A stretch of 64,000 nt of DNA from Phoronis australis (taxonomy: Eukaryota; Animalia; Phoronida): positions 116,106 to 180,105 of the forward strand of contig NMRA01000546.1 in NCBI GenBank assembly GCA_002633005.1. Direction: 5' to 3'. The notes below the pieces were generated by a model, which worked only from the letters and a program-made list of their open reading frames with translations, did no database searches and had not been told where the DNA came from. This document shows positions 1 to 12,824 of this stretch, one piece after another; positions within the stretch are counted from its first letter, which is position 1; the number at the start of each line of letters is the position of its first letter. Position numbers and translations under genes: made by a program.

Positions 1-43
1 GGGGGTTTAAGCCCCCTGAACCCCCACCGTAGATCCGCCTCTG
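1..43. mobile_element. 3' end of a short GC-rich MITE (CAGxGGCGGATC-type terminus), cut by the window edge
   Basis: Ends ...cccccaccgtagatccgcctctg, the reverse complement of CAGAGGCGGATCT. Similar terminus style to the element at 56165-56321. Confidence 0.4.
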
Positions 44-1704
44 GAAAGGGGTAACATGAAAGTCACGCAAACAGGTGTAACGTGCGGCGTGACCCTGTTT
101 CTGCTGTTCATTCAAAACCGGCTTCTCAAATGCAGTCAGAAGAGACTCCAATACTTTCAATCGCAGCACATCGTGCTCCACGTACCAAATTGGCGTGTTT
201 TCGAAAATTTCGTGAAGGATTATTTTACGTTCATGACTGCGAGGTCTCAGCACAAGCAACAAAAGGCCGATAACAGTTGTACTGCATGGAGGTCGGAAAA
301 CAACACCTTAGCCTAGGGGTGCTATTTGCAGCTTTTTGAATCAAAAGGTGATTCCTGCGGTGACGTCTAGGCAAAAGCAAGCCAATACGGCGAACAGTTC
401 TTACATTTGACAATTTGCGGCAATACTGGGAACACAGTGATGCTCTTAAAGGAGAATGTCATCCAAAATGAACCTGTTTTGTATCAATTTAGATGGAGTA
501 GTTCCACTCGATAACAGCAAGTACAGCTATTTTACCTGACATCTGACGGCAGACGGAGATGTTGAAATTAATCAATGACCTCAGATGTTCGAATGCAGTC
601 TGTTCAGCAGTACGTTCACAACACACTTACTGGTGTCAGCTTATCGGATGAATTCATCGTTTAACACCATTAAATAATCAAAATTCGATGTAAAACTCTT
701 TCAAATACATCGAGTTATTGAACAAACGTGTTATTTTATTTTGCTGTTACAGATTTTGGTATTTGAACGTACCGTATTCTACAAAAGTTCGGTAGTCAAA
801 TTTACCAAGGTCGGTCGCGAGAGTTTGGGGCAAGTTCGGTGATAAATTGAATTATTTGTCCGTGAAATACAGACAGGAGAACATAGCAGTGTGTTATAAT
901 TTTAGATTTTTTTCAGTTCTGAACACACAAAACGCTTGCTACCCCGACCAGTGGCTTGGAAGCCGATCATGCCCATCGCGGCCGGACTGAACACATCACG
1001 AACTTAAACCAGCCAAAGTTCGAAACCAAACTTCCAGTCACGATAAGGCTAAACCATTGAGCCAAACAGAAAATGTACACTGTTTTGGTGAATTAGTCGG
1101 GAAACTGTGTTCTTTTTGAATCACTGGGTTAATAATTTTTACGCTCTATATGAAAACAGACTACTTGTTTAGGATTACATGTACCAGGCTATCCCGAAAA
1201 CATTATTTTCGAAATTTTACCCCTTGGAGTGTACGCGAAACGCCAAGTATTGTGTTCTTACGCCAAAGGGCTCGGAAGACTCTTGCCTTGGTGCGAAGCT
1301 GTTTACTAAATTAAATATACACATTTGCTCCGTTGTAGTTAAAAACTGACCGAATAAAATCTTCCTAGAGTAATCTGAATTATTTACCAGCGTTGCAAAA
1401 ATTGGTTTGCTACAATTATTTTGCTGCTAAAATTATGATGTATTCTTTTGTGTCGACTTTCGACGCAATGAAATATTGCGTCACCTATTAGCCAGTTTCT
1501 TTTTCCCAGATTCTTCAATCAAACTTTCTCACTCGAGGTTGCGTAAACGTCAGAGCAATTGATCAGAATTGGTTTCACTCCATTTTATGTTTTTGGAATT
1601 TTGATATCAGTGAACCGAATTTTAGAACAAATTTTGCTGAGATGTTGTCATCATCTAATGGGAGATGTCGAAAACATTTTGGAAGTGGCGCATGTCAAGA
1701 ACGA

Positions 1705-2010
1705 ACCCTTTTCAAAACGACGACATACGTTTTTCGTTACGAAAGATAGAGAATTACGCAAGAAGATGACGTCGGGTGTTTTTCGCTTAATCGGCCGTAA
1801 CGGGCAACTTGAATGCCAATTGCCTTCCAGATTGTGCATGCACACCCGCCGGTCTTGAGCTTATGTTGATACAAGCTTCACGACGAGGTGACAAGCGTAA
1901 CTATCAGGGCTGTGTGAAGTTTCGAGGTCTGTTTGATCTTAATACGCAGTGGCACTTTGCTGTATTTTGAAAATAGTCTTCATACAGCTAGCTGGCTAGA
2001 TAGGAAGGCT
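1705..2010. repeat. Dispersed repeat homologous to 23205-23540 (probable non-autonomous DNA transposon segment)
   Basis: Collinear shared blocks ttttcaaaacgacgaca, aacgggcaa, tgcatgcac, gacgaggtg and atagtcttca occur in both locations. Confidence 0.65.
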
Positions 2011-5000
2011 CTAGCTTCGAAACGATTTTTTACTGCTAAAGTGACAACAAATTCAGAATAATGATGGATTACACTATAAACCGTTCACAGTCTTCCGTTT
2101 TCATGCGCCCATGATTTAATATCGGCGCTATGTTCAAACCATAGTTTATATTGTTCCTAAAATAAACTTGGGTTCTATTTCTGTACCAACATATTAAGAA
2201 ATTATACAGAAATAAACAATAATTATCTGTGGTAAAGCGCAATTTACAGCGTGATGAAGTGATGATCAAGAGCAATAACGGATGAGCGCAAATACGTGCT
2301 GCCTGTTGAGCATTCCCGGCATGTAAATACTTGAGGTCGTAAAACATCCAGTGTTGTATTCTGATTTTTATGCAATTTTTCTGTAAATTTGAAATTTTGT
2401 GATTGTTTTGATGCATAATGTACTGAACAAATCTCATATCTAAAGTTAGAAATTATGCTTCTGCGATATCACTTAACGTTTGATTTTACCACGCCGTCAT
2501 TAATTCAACATAAAGTTTTAGGGTGGTGTAATGTCACACACTTCGTATTTGTAGGTTGATTCCATTTTACCTCCTTTCAATAGTTGAACAAAAGTTGATA
2601 AACCGATGTCAAGACCGGAGTTGCCAATGGTGAACGAACAGCGAACAGTTAAATGTTTGTTTGTCCAAAGTTCACCCGCTAAGTCATAAAATGGTGATTG
2701 CCGACCAAGGACACGCTTAATCCGAATTGGTCGTCTAAGGTAGGCGACCACTTAGCCGACCCAAGTGCCGACCACAGAGGCGACTCGGCAGACGGCTCCT
2801 AGCCGACCGTTGTTGGTCGGCTGCTGGTCGGCTAGACGACCGGTCGATGGCCGGTCGTCGACCAATTTCCGACCGGTCGGACAAAAATTCGTGATGTGTG
2901 CTGTATTTATCTACCGAAACAGAACTAAAAAAATGCTAATGCTAAAATGATCATTTTCATTGACTACGTTATACCAATAAGCAACTTTACCCGACAGTTA
3001 TTTTGTCGACGCAATGAATACTTGGATGCTGGGTCTGACAAGTGAAGCGTAGGGAGAGTTTGTTCAAGCCAGATTGTGTATGCTATAATTATCCCCAGAT
3101 TTAGGACTCACCACCACTCGTCAATCAGTAAAACTATACAATTTCTGAAAGAACGATCAGGGTTTATAAAAATGCACATCATACGTACGAGTCATTGTTA
3201 TTATAGCCTGGCCAATATTGTTACATGTGAGTCAACTTTTCATTTTTAATGAAGCTACATTCATAGTACAAATAACCTCGATTTTAGTGAAACATTTCAA
3301 TAAGAACTTGCGGATATCTTTCAAGAACGTTGTTGGGAATTTCTACTGCTCATCAAGCTTAGTTTCTACTTCGAATTAGATTTTAAAAAGTAATTAAACC
3401 GTTTTTGTTAAAGAACAGTGGACGTGATAGTCTATTGCACAGTTCAATAAAATTAGGACGGCGTATTTGAGATTGGCTGAAATGTATCAATCAAATTCAC
3501 CTAGCTGTTTTCGATAACACGTGCTCCTTCTTTTAGATGAAGGCGATATGCACAAAATAATGATAAAAACAAATTGCGACTTTTCTGCAAGTCGTGAATC
3601 ACCGGAATAGATGCCGATGACTTGTGCGGTATAACAAAATTTGTTTTTACTGTGCGATGTCTAAATATTCAAACTTAACAATAAAAACTGACCTCATGAT
3701 GACGACACTATGTAAGCTTTGTCTGGACACAAACTCCCTGAAACAGTCTCTTGAGTTGAAGTTCCTCTCCGTGTAAATGAATGTGGATATGGAATCCGTC
3801 GCCAATGACGGGACCGTTTAAGAAGTTGTTTGCATATCCTAACGACTAGGAGTACGTACAGTTGCGACACCCAATGTGTCAATCATGATATTTTCACGGA
3901 ATTCCGCCATCGATTGCTTGGTGCGCGCTTAGTGATTTGCCGACGATAAAATGTAAGGTGCATGAGTTTCTAGTTTGCACTATTGTGTGGTTTGTCCGTG
4001 TGATATAAAAATACGTACTCGGTGACACATTTTAGGTGTTGTGAGAAATGCATATATTTCACAGCAAACATAAAATCACAAATAGTCATGGCGACACTAT
4101 TTATGTGCATTCGTTCTCAACGGTCGTAGGCACGCAGACGCACAATTCTATCATGATCAAAATTACGCTGGCCTTCGATTTTTGTGTCATCTTTCCATGT
4201 TATGAACACCTCGTTGACGGAATATTATTGCGACTCTCTGAAAGAAAGGACTTTGGGTTCAAACGGAAGTGCTCTAAGTACGGTGGGAGATTCGATTTCA
4301 GTGACCGCTTTGTTACTATTCAACTTTGATAGTAGTAAACACATTTTCAGATGGGTCTATGAACTCGTGTTATTCTGGCAAATGTAGGCAAGATGTCACT
4401 TTTCACGTGAACTAGAAACGAAGGTAAGCGATTCATCCACACAGGTATACAATATTGGAAAAAAATAAAATTCATAAACGAAGTCCTACATATTCTTAAA
4501 TTGGCACTTCACCAGCCTTTGGCCATCAAAATATGGAACTAATATTTCAGACATCATTTTGTTATAAAACTGTTCTCATAGGTTTCCCTTGTAAGGTATG
4601 ATTTCTCAATTATCGAAAAACGGATACTCTTAAGTACAACTGTACCAGGAAGAACAAAAAATTGGCGTATTCCACGTAATTTCAATGTTTTCAGAAGTGA
4701 TATTAAGAGGGAAGTTCAAGTTGTTATCAAAACAAGTATAATGTTTTATAGCTTAAGTTTTCTGCTACAAATAACACCATTCCCATCCCGGAATACTTTA
4801 TATTTGTGGCACAAAAGTGTTTAAAATGTGACAAATGTACCCTACAAAGACACCGTTTCCTTGGCATTTCCCATAGGTTCACTTTCACTTGTCTACCGCT
4901 AGATGTCCTCTGTTTGCCAGGTCTTCATTATCCCCTCTTGCTACCAAAGTGAACGCGATGATGGCTGAGCTTTGTTCCTTGCAGCTGCTCTGAATTGCCG

Positions 5001-5184
5001 TAAAAAGAAAAGTGACAATTGGCCACCAAATAACTCAGATGGCATAAGTCGTTTTATACTGTCACTTTACTTTTTATATTTTGGAAAACATGACGCTAAA
5101 ATGAACAGGGAAATTGACGGGTATTCCGAAATGGCCTCTACACATAACACTTTAATCGGTGGGAGGTATTAAAATCACCTGAGA

Positions 5185-5319
5185 AACCTAAAACCACGTA
5201 CTGAACATACATGTAGCAATGCAAAAGTCAACCTAAAACCACGTACTGAACATACATGTAGCAATGCAAAAGTCAACCTAAAACCACGTACTGAACATAC
5301 ATGTAGCAATGCAAAAGTC
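5185..5319. repeat. Perfect tandem repeat, 3 x 45 bp
   Basis: aacctaaaaccacgtactgaacatacatgtagcaatgcaaaagtc is repeated three times head-to-tail with no spacers. Confidence 0.95.
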
Positions 5320-6569
5320 CTTTTCTTGACTGTGGTGGATCTACTGTAAATCTAGATGACGAGAAAACCATCCGACAGGTGGTGTTGCGGCATCATGTAA
5401 CCTAGGCTGGGTCGTCGAAACCTGATTCGCAAAAGGATGACGGTTGAACTGGTGGCGACTGAGGGAGTTGTTTCCTTATAAGTAAACCTTTCTTTGCTAA
5501 TAGTTTATTGGAATGAAGAGTTTTTTGTCACCCTGACTGTCCACAGACTTCGTGCCTCATGAACGAAACCACCGGACTGTCAGATTTGACTGAGCGAGGA
5601 GAAACGGAGGGGGGGGGGGTGAGGTCGGCGATCAGGGGCAGATTGGCTTTTAGGATTAGTGTCGGGAGGGAGATTAGGGGCACTGGACGTGAGGCGGATA
5701 AATGATGGTGACCGGGATCGATCAGAATCATCTGATCTGCCAACGTCAATGAAATGATCTAAAAACCTAGCGTTACAAAGCTACTGACAGACCAAGTCAT
5801 TTCAAAGATGAGTTAAATATGGATCATTCTTTAGAAAGGAAGGTTACTTTTTCATCACGTAGTAGATACTAGACTCCCCACATTTATGCAGGAGGGTGAG
5901 GATGCGAAGTTGTACCTATGTAAATGGTTCCCTACTTACTTCACTCAGATTAGGTAACACATTACAAAGACCTTTTTTAAAATCAATATAATTCATAAAA
6001 TATATAATTTGGGAATGTTGCACCCCTACAAAAGCGTCGTGTCAAGTGGAACCGTTGTGGTGAGAAAATTAAATAGGATTAACAAATTTCTTGTTTCAAA
6101 CGGGTATTGATTTAGATTTCTTTTGCCTTCACTCTGAAACTATATTTGTACTCACGTGACTTCCGGCCTAATAGTTTACTGCACATGGAACAAACAAAAA
6201 TACATGCAAATTGAAATGGTTACTCACTAAAAGCAAGACTTCACCAATACACTCGAAAAAAGGTAATGTGCGACTGTTTAAACTAAAACTGGTTCTGTAT
6301 GTTTAGAACACGTCCACTTTCAACCTTGGCTGTCTTGAAATTGATGCTGAAACGAAGCATTGTGTCCACAGCAACAATGCACAATATTCATGCATTGCCA
6401 CCAAAGTCTGAAAGTAGTGAATAGCGTTTTGAATTCCTGACTCGAGTACACGAGCCTCAGTCCTTCAGCTAATCATATAGAATGTATGCTTATGCACACA
6501 AAATCAATTAAAACTCCAGGTAAAAAACGTTTCGTCAAAGAATAGCAAGGTATTGTTTGTGTTGCGAGA

Positions 6570-6745
6570 TCAATGCGACGGGCGTAAGAGTGTCCCATGG
6601 TTATCACCTATGGGGCACCACCATTGTGTTTCTATTTGGTGCGTTTTTGTTGATACCTTGGACGCACATCGTCCGGTTACTGATCAATGCTAATCACTAT
6701 CATCATTATAAGAAAGAATAAGAAAATGAACAGTGGTCACACCTA
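6570..6745. repeat. Dispersed repeat family, with further copies at ~30420-30740 and ~38300-38480
   Basis: catggtt..cacctatggggcac.accattg is shared with 30420-30560. ttgttggatataacaa and the downstream cacatc...tgaaca.tg blocks link the 30.6 and 38.3 kb copies. Confidence 0.6.
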
Positions 6746-8399
6746 TCTAACGGTCTCTATGCCACAAGCTGTCTGCATAGCTTAAAGTGGGTGTCCTAGT
6801 GTAGAACCCACTGAATTACTGTACATCAAGACTTATCACCATGAACACAGGATACGAAGGGTCTCATGTAGAAAGTTTGGCAACAGAGACATCTATCAAA
6901 GCACGCAACGCACTAGAGATCATTTGGTAACTAATATGGCACATTCTCCTCGAGATGAACGAACATTTTTGTCAATCGGTTATTGCACCGTGTTAGAATT
7001 TTCAAAAGGCCTCCTTTCACGTGACCGGAGGCCGATTTAAAATAATCACAAGGCACATCAACCTCGGCGATACGCCCATTCTGCCAATTATGAATGCCCT
7101 TACTAAAAACGTACATGTAGAACTGCCATATTATACGACAAACGTCTTCCCAAGGTGTCATAATGAAGTTCTATCTTAACCTTTATGCAACTCTTATACT
7201 AACAGGGTTTGCATGCAAATGGGGGAGAAAGGGTCAAAGGTCATTCCAGAGTGTTCAGCAAATTCCTGGTCACATAAAAAATGCTGGAAACGCCTTACCC
7301 CGACGCCAAACATAAGCTGCGTCTATGTCCCCGTTTAGGGCCTACTCTCCCTCGTTTATTTGTAATAGCAAGCAGTTTAAAATGAGAGACATGGCTTAAT
7401 TGTACGAGTGCCGGTCTATCTCTAGAAATATATTTCTGGACAGTGGCGGTTGACTATGATATTTACCTATGCCATAGAAATAATAATGAATCTTTTGCGT
7501 GTAAAATAATCCAATTGTAAACCAATACGTAGTATTGTTGATCGCGCACATTTAACTAAAACAATTGTCCTACTCTTGGAAGTCGATCTCACTTAGTGAT
7601 GTTTTATGGCTTTCCCGACACAACTTACAAATGTCCCCCTTTTGACTCATTACAAAACTGATATTTTATCAGATATACTGTTGTAATTTCCCTCTTGAGA
7701 GAGCTTTATTTTTAGCACGGGGTTTAAAATAAAACAACAGGAGGTTTCATTGTTTTAAGGCAACCGTAACTTCTCCTTCGAATTTAAAGCCACAGTCTTA
7801 CTCTTTCTCATGTCATACATGTGTTTTTGGCTCAGACCCAAATGTCCCGCTTTTCAACTCGGGAGTCCCGTTGTTTTTGAATGTCGAAAGTTGACAACTA
7901 TGCCGCAGATATTCAAAATAACAAAATCTGTAACAATTTCAGAGTCCACTTTCTATAGTAACATAACAATCGTAAATTGCCTTCCAACGTATCTTGTTAC
8001 GGCATCACACACTGTCGCGGCACGTATCAGGACCTCTAATGTTAGGGTTAGAGGAAATGAGTTTATTTTATAATCTAGTACACAAAGTCCAGTGCTGCCA
8101 CCTACATGTATGTAGTGATCTATGCACAGAACAATATTGCCATGAATGTATAATTTATTTCTACAAAATAACAAAATTTTAACTCCACTTGTGAAGAGCA
8201 AAGCGCCACCTTTCGCCTTTACACTTCCTAACTCTCTGTGACAACAATTGACAGTGAACCTACAGTATAACAGTCTCAAAGAGTTACTGTTTGTCACAAG
8301 AGGATAATCCTGCTTCCATGTACTCACAACATCAATTAGTGTTCTTTAACTCCATGAAGTGCACGACTGCAGGTGACATTGGTACAATAATACCTCATG

Positions 8400-8630
8400 T
8401 AGTATGCTACTGTAGGGTTAACAATGTGATAATTTTATAAACTAATCTCCAAAGTAGGCAGATAACATTACCCCCAGCTACTTTCGAAAGCCATGCTTGT
8501 ATTTTGTTCCAGAATGCAACAAATTCGAAAAACACGTGATCAAGGATTTCCAAGAAATCACGAACTGGACACTTGTCATTTTGTATTTTTCTCATTTAAA
8601 TTGAATGTATCTTCATCAACTTTCCTATGA
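8400..8630 (-). pseudogene. Degenerate L1/Tx1-like LINE ORF2 C-terminal (zinc-knuckle region) fragment
   Basis: Translation KIQNDKCPVRDFLEILDHVFFEFVAFWNKIQAWLS resembles the C-x-FC...E..H.F..C..V..FW..I..W motif of L1/Tx1, with some cysteines lost. Confidence 0.4.
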
Positions 8631-9630
8631 ATCAAGACATGTCAAAACGTGCCTCGCCAGTCTTTCGTACTAAATTCACGTAGTCAAAATAAATTCATAC
8701 ATGACATGAAGATTAAACTATTGCAACAAATGCTTAAATAAATCGTTGATCTCTTACTTAGAAGAAGTTATAATTTGGTTAAAATTATAACACAGATTTT
8801 ACTGGCCATACTTGTCTATATAAAATGTGTCTACTGTCTGAAGCTTTTTATTTTTTTTTAGATAAAACATACTCAAACATGTACATGTTAATAAACTCAC
8901 GACAAACACAGAGCACGCTGACCTACCAGTCAAAATATTACTACAAAAATCAAAGATAAATACTTTTGTCCGAACGCATTCAATACCCGAAAAAAGAAAA
9001 TTTCCAGTTAAATTGTGCATTAAACAGTATCTAAGAACATTTACTCAAAGTATTTTCAATACTTGTGCACAGCTGTAAGCGAGTTATGAATGTCTACGTT
9101 TAACGATGTGAGCGATAAGTTTGCTGTAAAGAGTCCTGTAGTTATAAAAACAAGTGACGCAGAGATGTTGGTAACAAGAAGCCAGGATACCGATGGTTAG
9201 TCCAATACAACAGGTGTTGGAAATGGGAACACGTAATTTACATGTACAATAGTTGGCGATGGAAAAAGGGTTCAGCAACGAAATGTTTCCTTGTGCCACT
9301 GTATAATGAGTACAACAAAGAAGATCAAAAGAATTTAACACTGCAGTTTTAGATACTGGCATTCGTCATGTAAACTATTTTACTTGCAACAGTACGTGAT
9401 CAACGGTACTGTTGGGAGTTCGTATTTTATTGCCGTTGACCCGAGTCGATGTGTATTGGAAGTTACTATGCTTACTGCGTGGGATGAATTGGTTAAAATT
9501 CAAGTGCTATTTTTAAATTTTAGATCTGTTGGTGATGGACGAGACCTTGAAACTAAGAAAATGTTTTTATATAGTTGAGAAAACTCGTTAAATCTGCATA
9601 TTCAATAAGAATAAGACTTTTTAGCCTCAC

Positions 9631-12600
9631 CATGGCAACCGAATCATGCTCTTCTTCTGATTTTTTAGTATAAGTCCGCAACAAAAATTACACTCAGACT
9701 CAGAGTAGAAATCTGTGGCTTTATGGCCAAATATCTCATTGATATGGACGCCCACTTTGTCACTTGATCCCAGGGCTACAAGAAGTTTAGGAATTTGACG
9801 ATTCAAGTTATTTGTTTTAAATACAGATGTGATGTCATCTTACATTAGGAAGCCATTACTATGTCAAGTTATACATCAGTTAAAAGAGGACATTTCTTAA
9901 CTTGATTCCATTAATTCACCATTCGCTTTTCAAAGTAAAGGTGTAAACTTAAAGGTACATGAAGATCTAATCTGTGCATGTCATGCATTCTTTAGTTCAG
10001 CTGTCACCAATAGGTGGAGCTGGAAGTTGTGTGTATAGCCGGTTTGAGTCTCGTGTCGGGTGCGGTTTTTCAGGCAGCAGATAGGGGAGGTGGTTTGAAC
10101 TTGCGGACTGATTTACCTGCAACTCTTGATGGAGCTTTCGCCCGCCAGCTTTGGTCACAGTTATGGAGGTTTTTGAACTCAAAGGACTGCTCTGTATGTG
10201 ATTAGCAATAAAGCCCTTGCCCTTCCCGCCAGTTCACGTCAGCGATGTTGGGTTATCGTCAGGACTCTGAACTCAATCAATTCCTCTCCCACCGGCTTGT
10301 TTTCTTATTTATATTACACTTTGTTATTTTGTTACTTGTTTGAAAACTCGTTGTTTTAACTGCACTATGATACATAACACACATGTACATGTATGGCATA
10401 GCAAGTCTAGCGACTTGTTTTAATTTTGCAGTATTATCTGGCTTTGTTGTCGCTTCATGTTCGGTTAAAAAAAGCGGACGCAGTGGTCGGAAGTTGTAAT
10501 TATTCGATGCACTGTAAAACCACAAACCTTCCAAGCTCAAATAGCCAATTATTTTTAAATGTATTTACGTGAAATACACCTGCAACAATTTATTAAGATT
10601 TGAATTAGTTAATGAGTATAATCGGGACTTACTCTGGTCGAAATTTTTACAGTCCAGGACGACCCGGTTAAATTTAAATTCAAGAAGTGACCTGGTGGAT
10701 CGATTTGGTGAAAAAAAACAACCGCCGGATGGAGTACATTAACCCCAATCATAAATTCCTTTGAACTGTACAAGTAACAGGCTTGCTTGAATACTTACCC
10801 AGTTATCCCAATCCCATGAATTGTTCTTATTCTCACGACCTACATGTACAGCTGTAGTGTGTTTTGTTGGGAACTACCTGTAAGTTGATTTTTATATTAA
10901 ATATGCTAAAATTGGTTGTGTCTGGCTTTCATACTCTACCTCATTTTTTATTTTTAAATGTCAGGATTAGCTTGCCATTGCTACAATACCGATTCACTGA
11001 TTGGAAATTGGACAGGATGTAACAAAATTCGATGGCATTGTAACTTTATATTTAATAGACGCGTTTTGTTTTTCTCATCCTATCCTAACGAAACATGTAT
11101 TCAAAATAAAAACAGAAAATAATGTGTTTGGGTTATTGTCAGTCTCAGGAGGAAAAACGAGTAATTATTCATGCACAAAATTTACTTATTGTAATTTATC
11201 AAGAAACTGGTTTTAATAATGCAATATCATATTTATAAAACCAGTAACTGGAGAAAGTTGTTGGAAGAGAGTTGCCCTTAAATGGCCGTGTGGCTTAAAT
11301 GCAAGACTGGTTTGTAAAATGTCGGAGAGAGGTAAAATGGCGTGTAGGGGTAAAATGGCGGAGAGGGGTAAAATGGCGGAGAGGGTTAAAATGTCGGGGA
11401 GGGGTAAAAATGCGGAGAGGGGTTCTATCCGGCTAATTATGGAAGATGTAACATAAACTTCGCGGAAAATGATAGTTATTAGAACCCCCGCTTCGTGGGG
11501 CTGCCAGCAACTTGGCTGTGCAAGTACAGCGATTTTGCTAAATGGTATGACTTGCAATGACCGTAGCCAAGAATATTGGTAGCAACGGTCTTAACATAGT
11601 ATCGGCTGGTAAATTCATGCTCCGGTTTCGAATTGAAAAAATCCTAAAAATCTATCCCTACATTTTTAATAAAATTTCAAGAACGACAAAAAACCTATAT
11701 CATTTTAAAGTTCATGACCTCAATGGCAGGAGAATATGTGCTTTGCGTGTACAAACCTCCTTTGATTCACATTTTGTCCATTTCCGTGTAACATTATCTT
11801 GCTGCACGGAATACGAATGCGCGTGTACAGTGCTGAGCTTAAAAGAATTTAATAAAGCACTGCATTATTTATCGCGTTCCTACGACACCGAAGGTTCTGA
11901 TAAAATGTGATTTTTATAAATAACATTCATGGGATTTAATAATAGGTCCATACAATGAAAAATAAGGGAAGGCAATACACCGGTACTTGGCCGTTTGTTA
12001 AACTCGATTGCTGACGAGTCCCTGCAACAGCCCAACTCGCCATCTTCATCTTTTGCAGATTCCAGCTGTTGACTGGCATTGGCATGTCATCCTATTGGGA
12101 AATATTTTAATTGCGCAGTCAGATCGACGATATTTCGTTGACAAATAATATGTAGAAACTTGAAAGTAATTATAAGTACCAGTACATGTTACAGAGAATG
12201 TTTAGTTAAGTAAAAAAACAAATTTGGCACCACCTAATGGAAAATTGTTGCTACGCCAATGTACATGTATGTAGGCAAGTAAAACCCTTCATCAAACACC
12301 TGATCAGATCATTGTTCAGTGTCTAGTCTGCAAAAAAGACATGGTTATATCTACTGAAGTAGTAACCAAAGTTAAAAGCACATTACATGTCTACATAACA
12401 ATCGTGGTTTTTGCAGTTAGACCTTCTAAGTAGTATTGGCATCAGTCAGACCAGCTTGAATGGTGTTGGCGTCAACTCTTCCTGGAGACAATATTAAAAC
12501 TATATTTATTGCTCTTCCTGCATCACGTTATATATAAGACTACTGGACCATCCCTAGTTTTAAAACTTTGACCTTAACCTGAATTGGGGTTCATTACGTA

Positions 12601-12824
12601 GAATTGTTGTGAGGACTTGACTGGGACCTCAGGGGTATCACACTTCACTGATTTATCCACATTATTTTGAAGACGCTTTATCTGGTCACGCACTGTGTCA
12701 TAAAAGAGATAAGCATACCTGCAGCAATTAGAATTACTCTCGATTATCACATTGGTCTAGACTCACAGTTTAACTGTAAAGTGGTTTTCTGTTGACTCCA
12801 GACAGTCCGGAGTTGCACCATATG
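9631..12824 (-). pseudogene. Candidate spliced gene or pseudogene: seven small phase-compatible exons, product unknown
   Basis: AG..GT-bounded exons at 12824-12767, 12718-12579, 12481-12423, 12091-11987, 10839-10799, 10691-10633 and 9775-9631 join in one frame with a single in-frame TAG in exon 3. Several donors are canonical (gtgagt, gtaagt twice, gtgagg) and two are weak (gtctaa, gtaccg). Confidence 0.4.
11314..11422. repeat. Minisatellite, ~6 x 18 bp
   Basis: Consensus gtaaaatggcggagaggg in tandem. It explains the LSAILP repeats of ORF 11213-11557. Confidence 0.9.

Noticed and set aside
5185-5319. CRISPR-like array (also considered for 26731-27520 and 14390-14805)
   Set aside because: Units are contiguous with no unique spacers, there are no cas genes, and the context is eukaryotic.
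5400-5750. Solo LTR or DIRS/Ngaro terminus (also considered for 10130-10275)
   Set aside because: Only a GC-richer patch and a poly(A) signal are present; no TG...CA ends, TSD or partner repeat were found.
7231-7243. Nuclear-receptor DR1 site gggtcaaaggtca
   Set aside because: This motif is common inside invertebrate repeats and there is no supported nearby promoter.
11213-11557. ORF with LSAILP repeats
   Set aside because: It is a translation of the 18-bp minisatellite.
12010-12040. Hammerhead core CTGACGAGTCC
   Set aside because: No closing stem II and no GAAA downstream.
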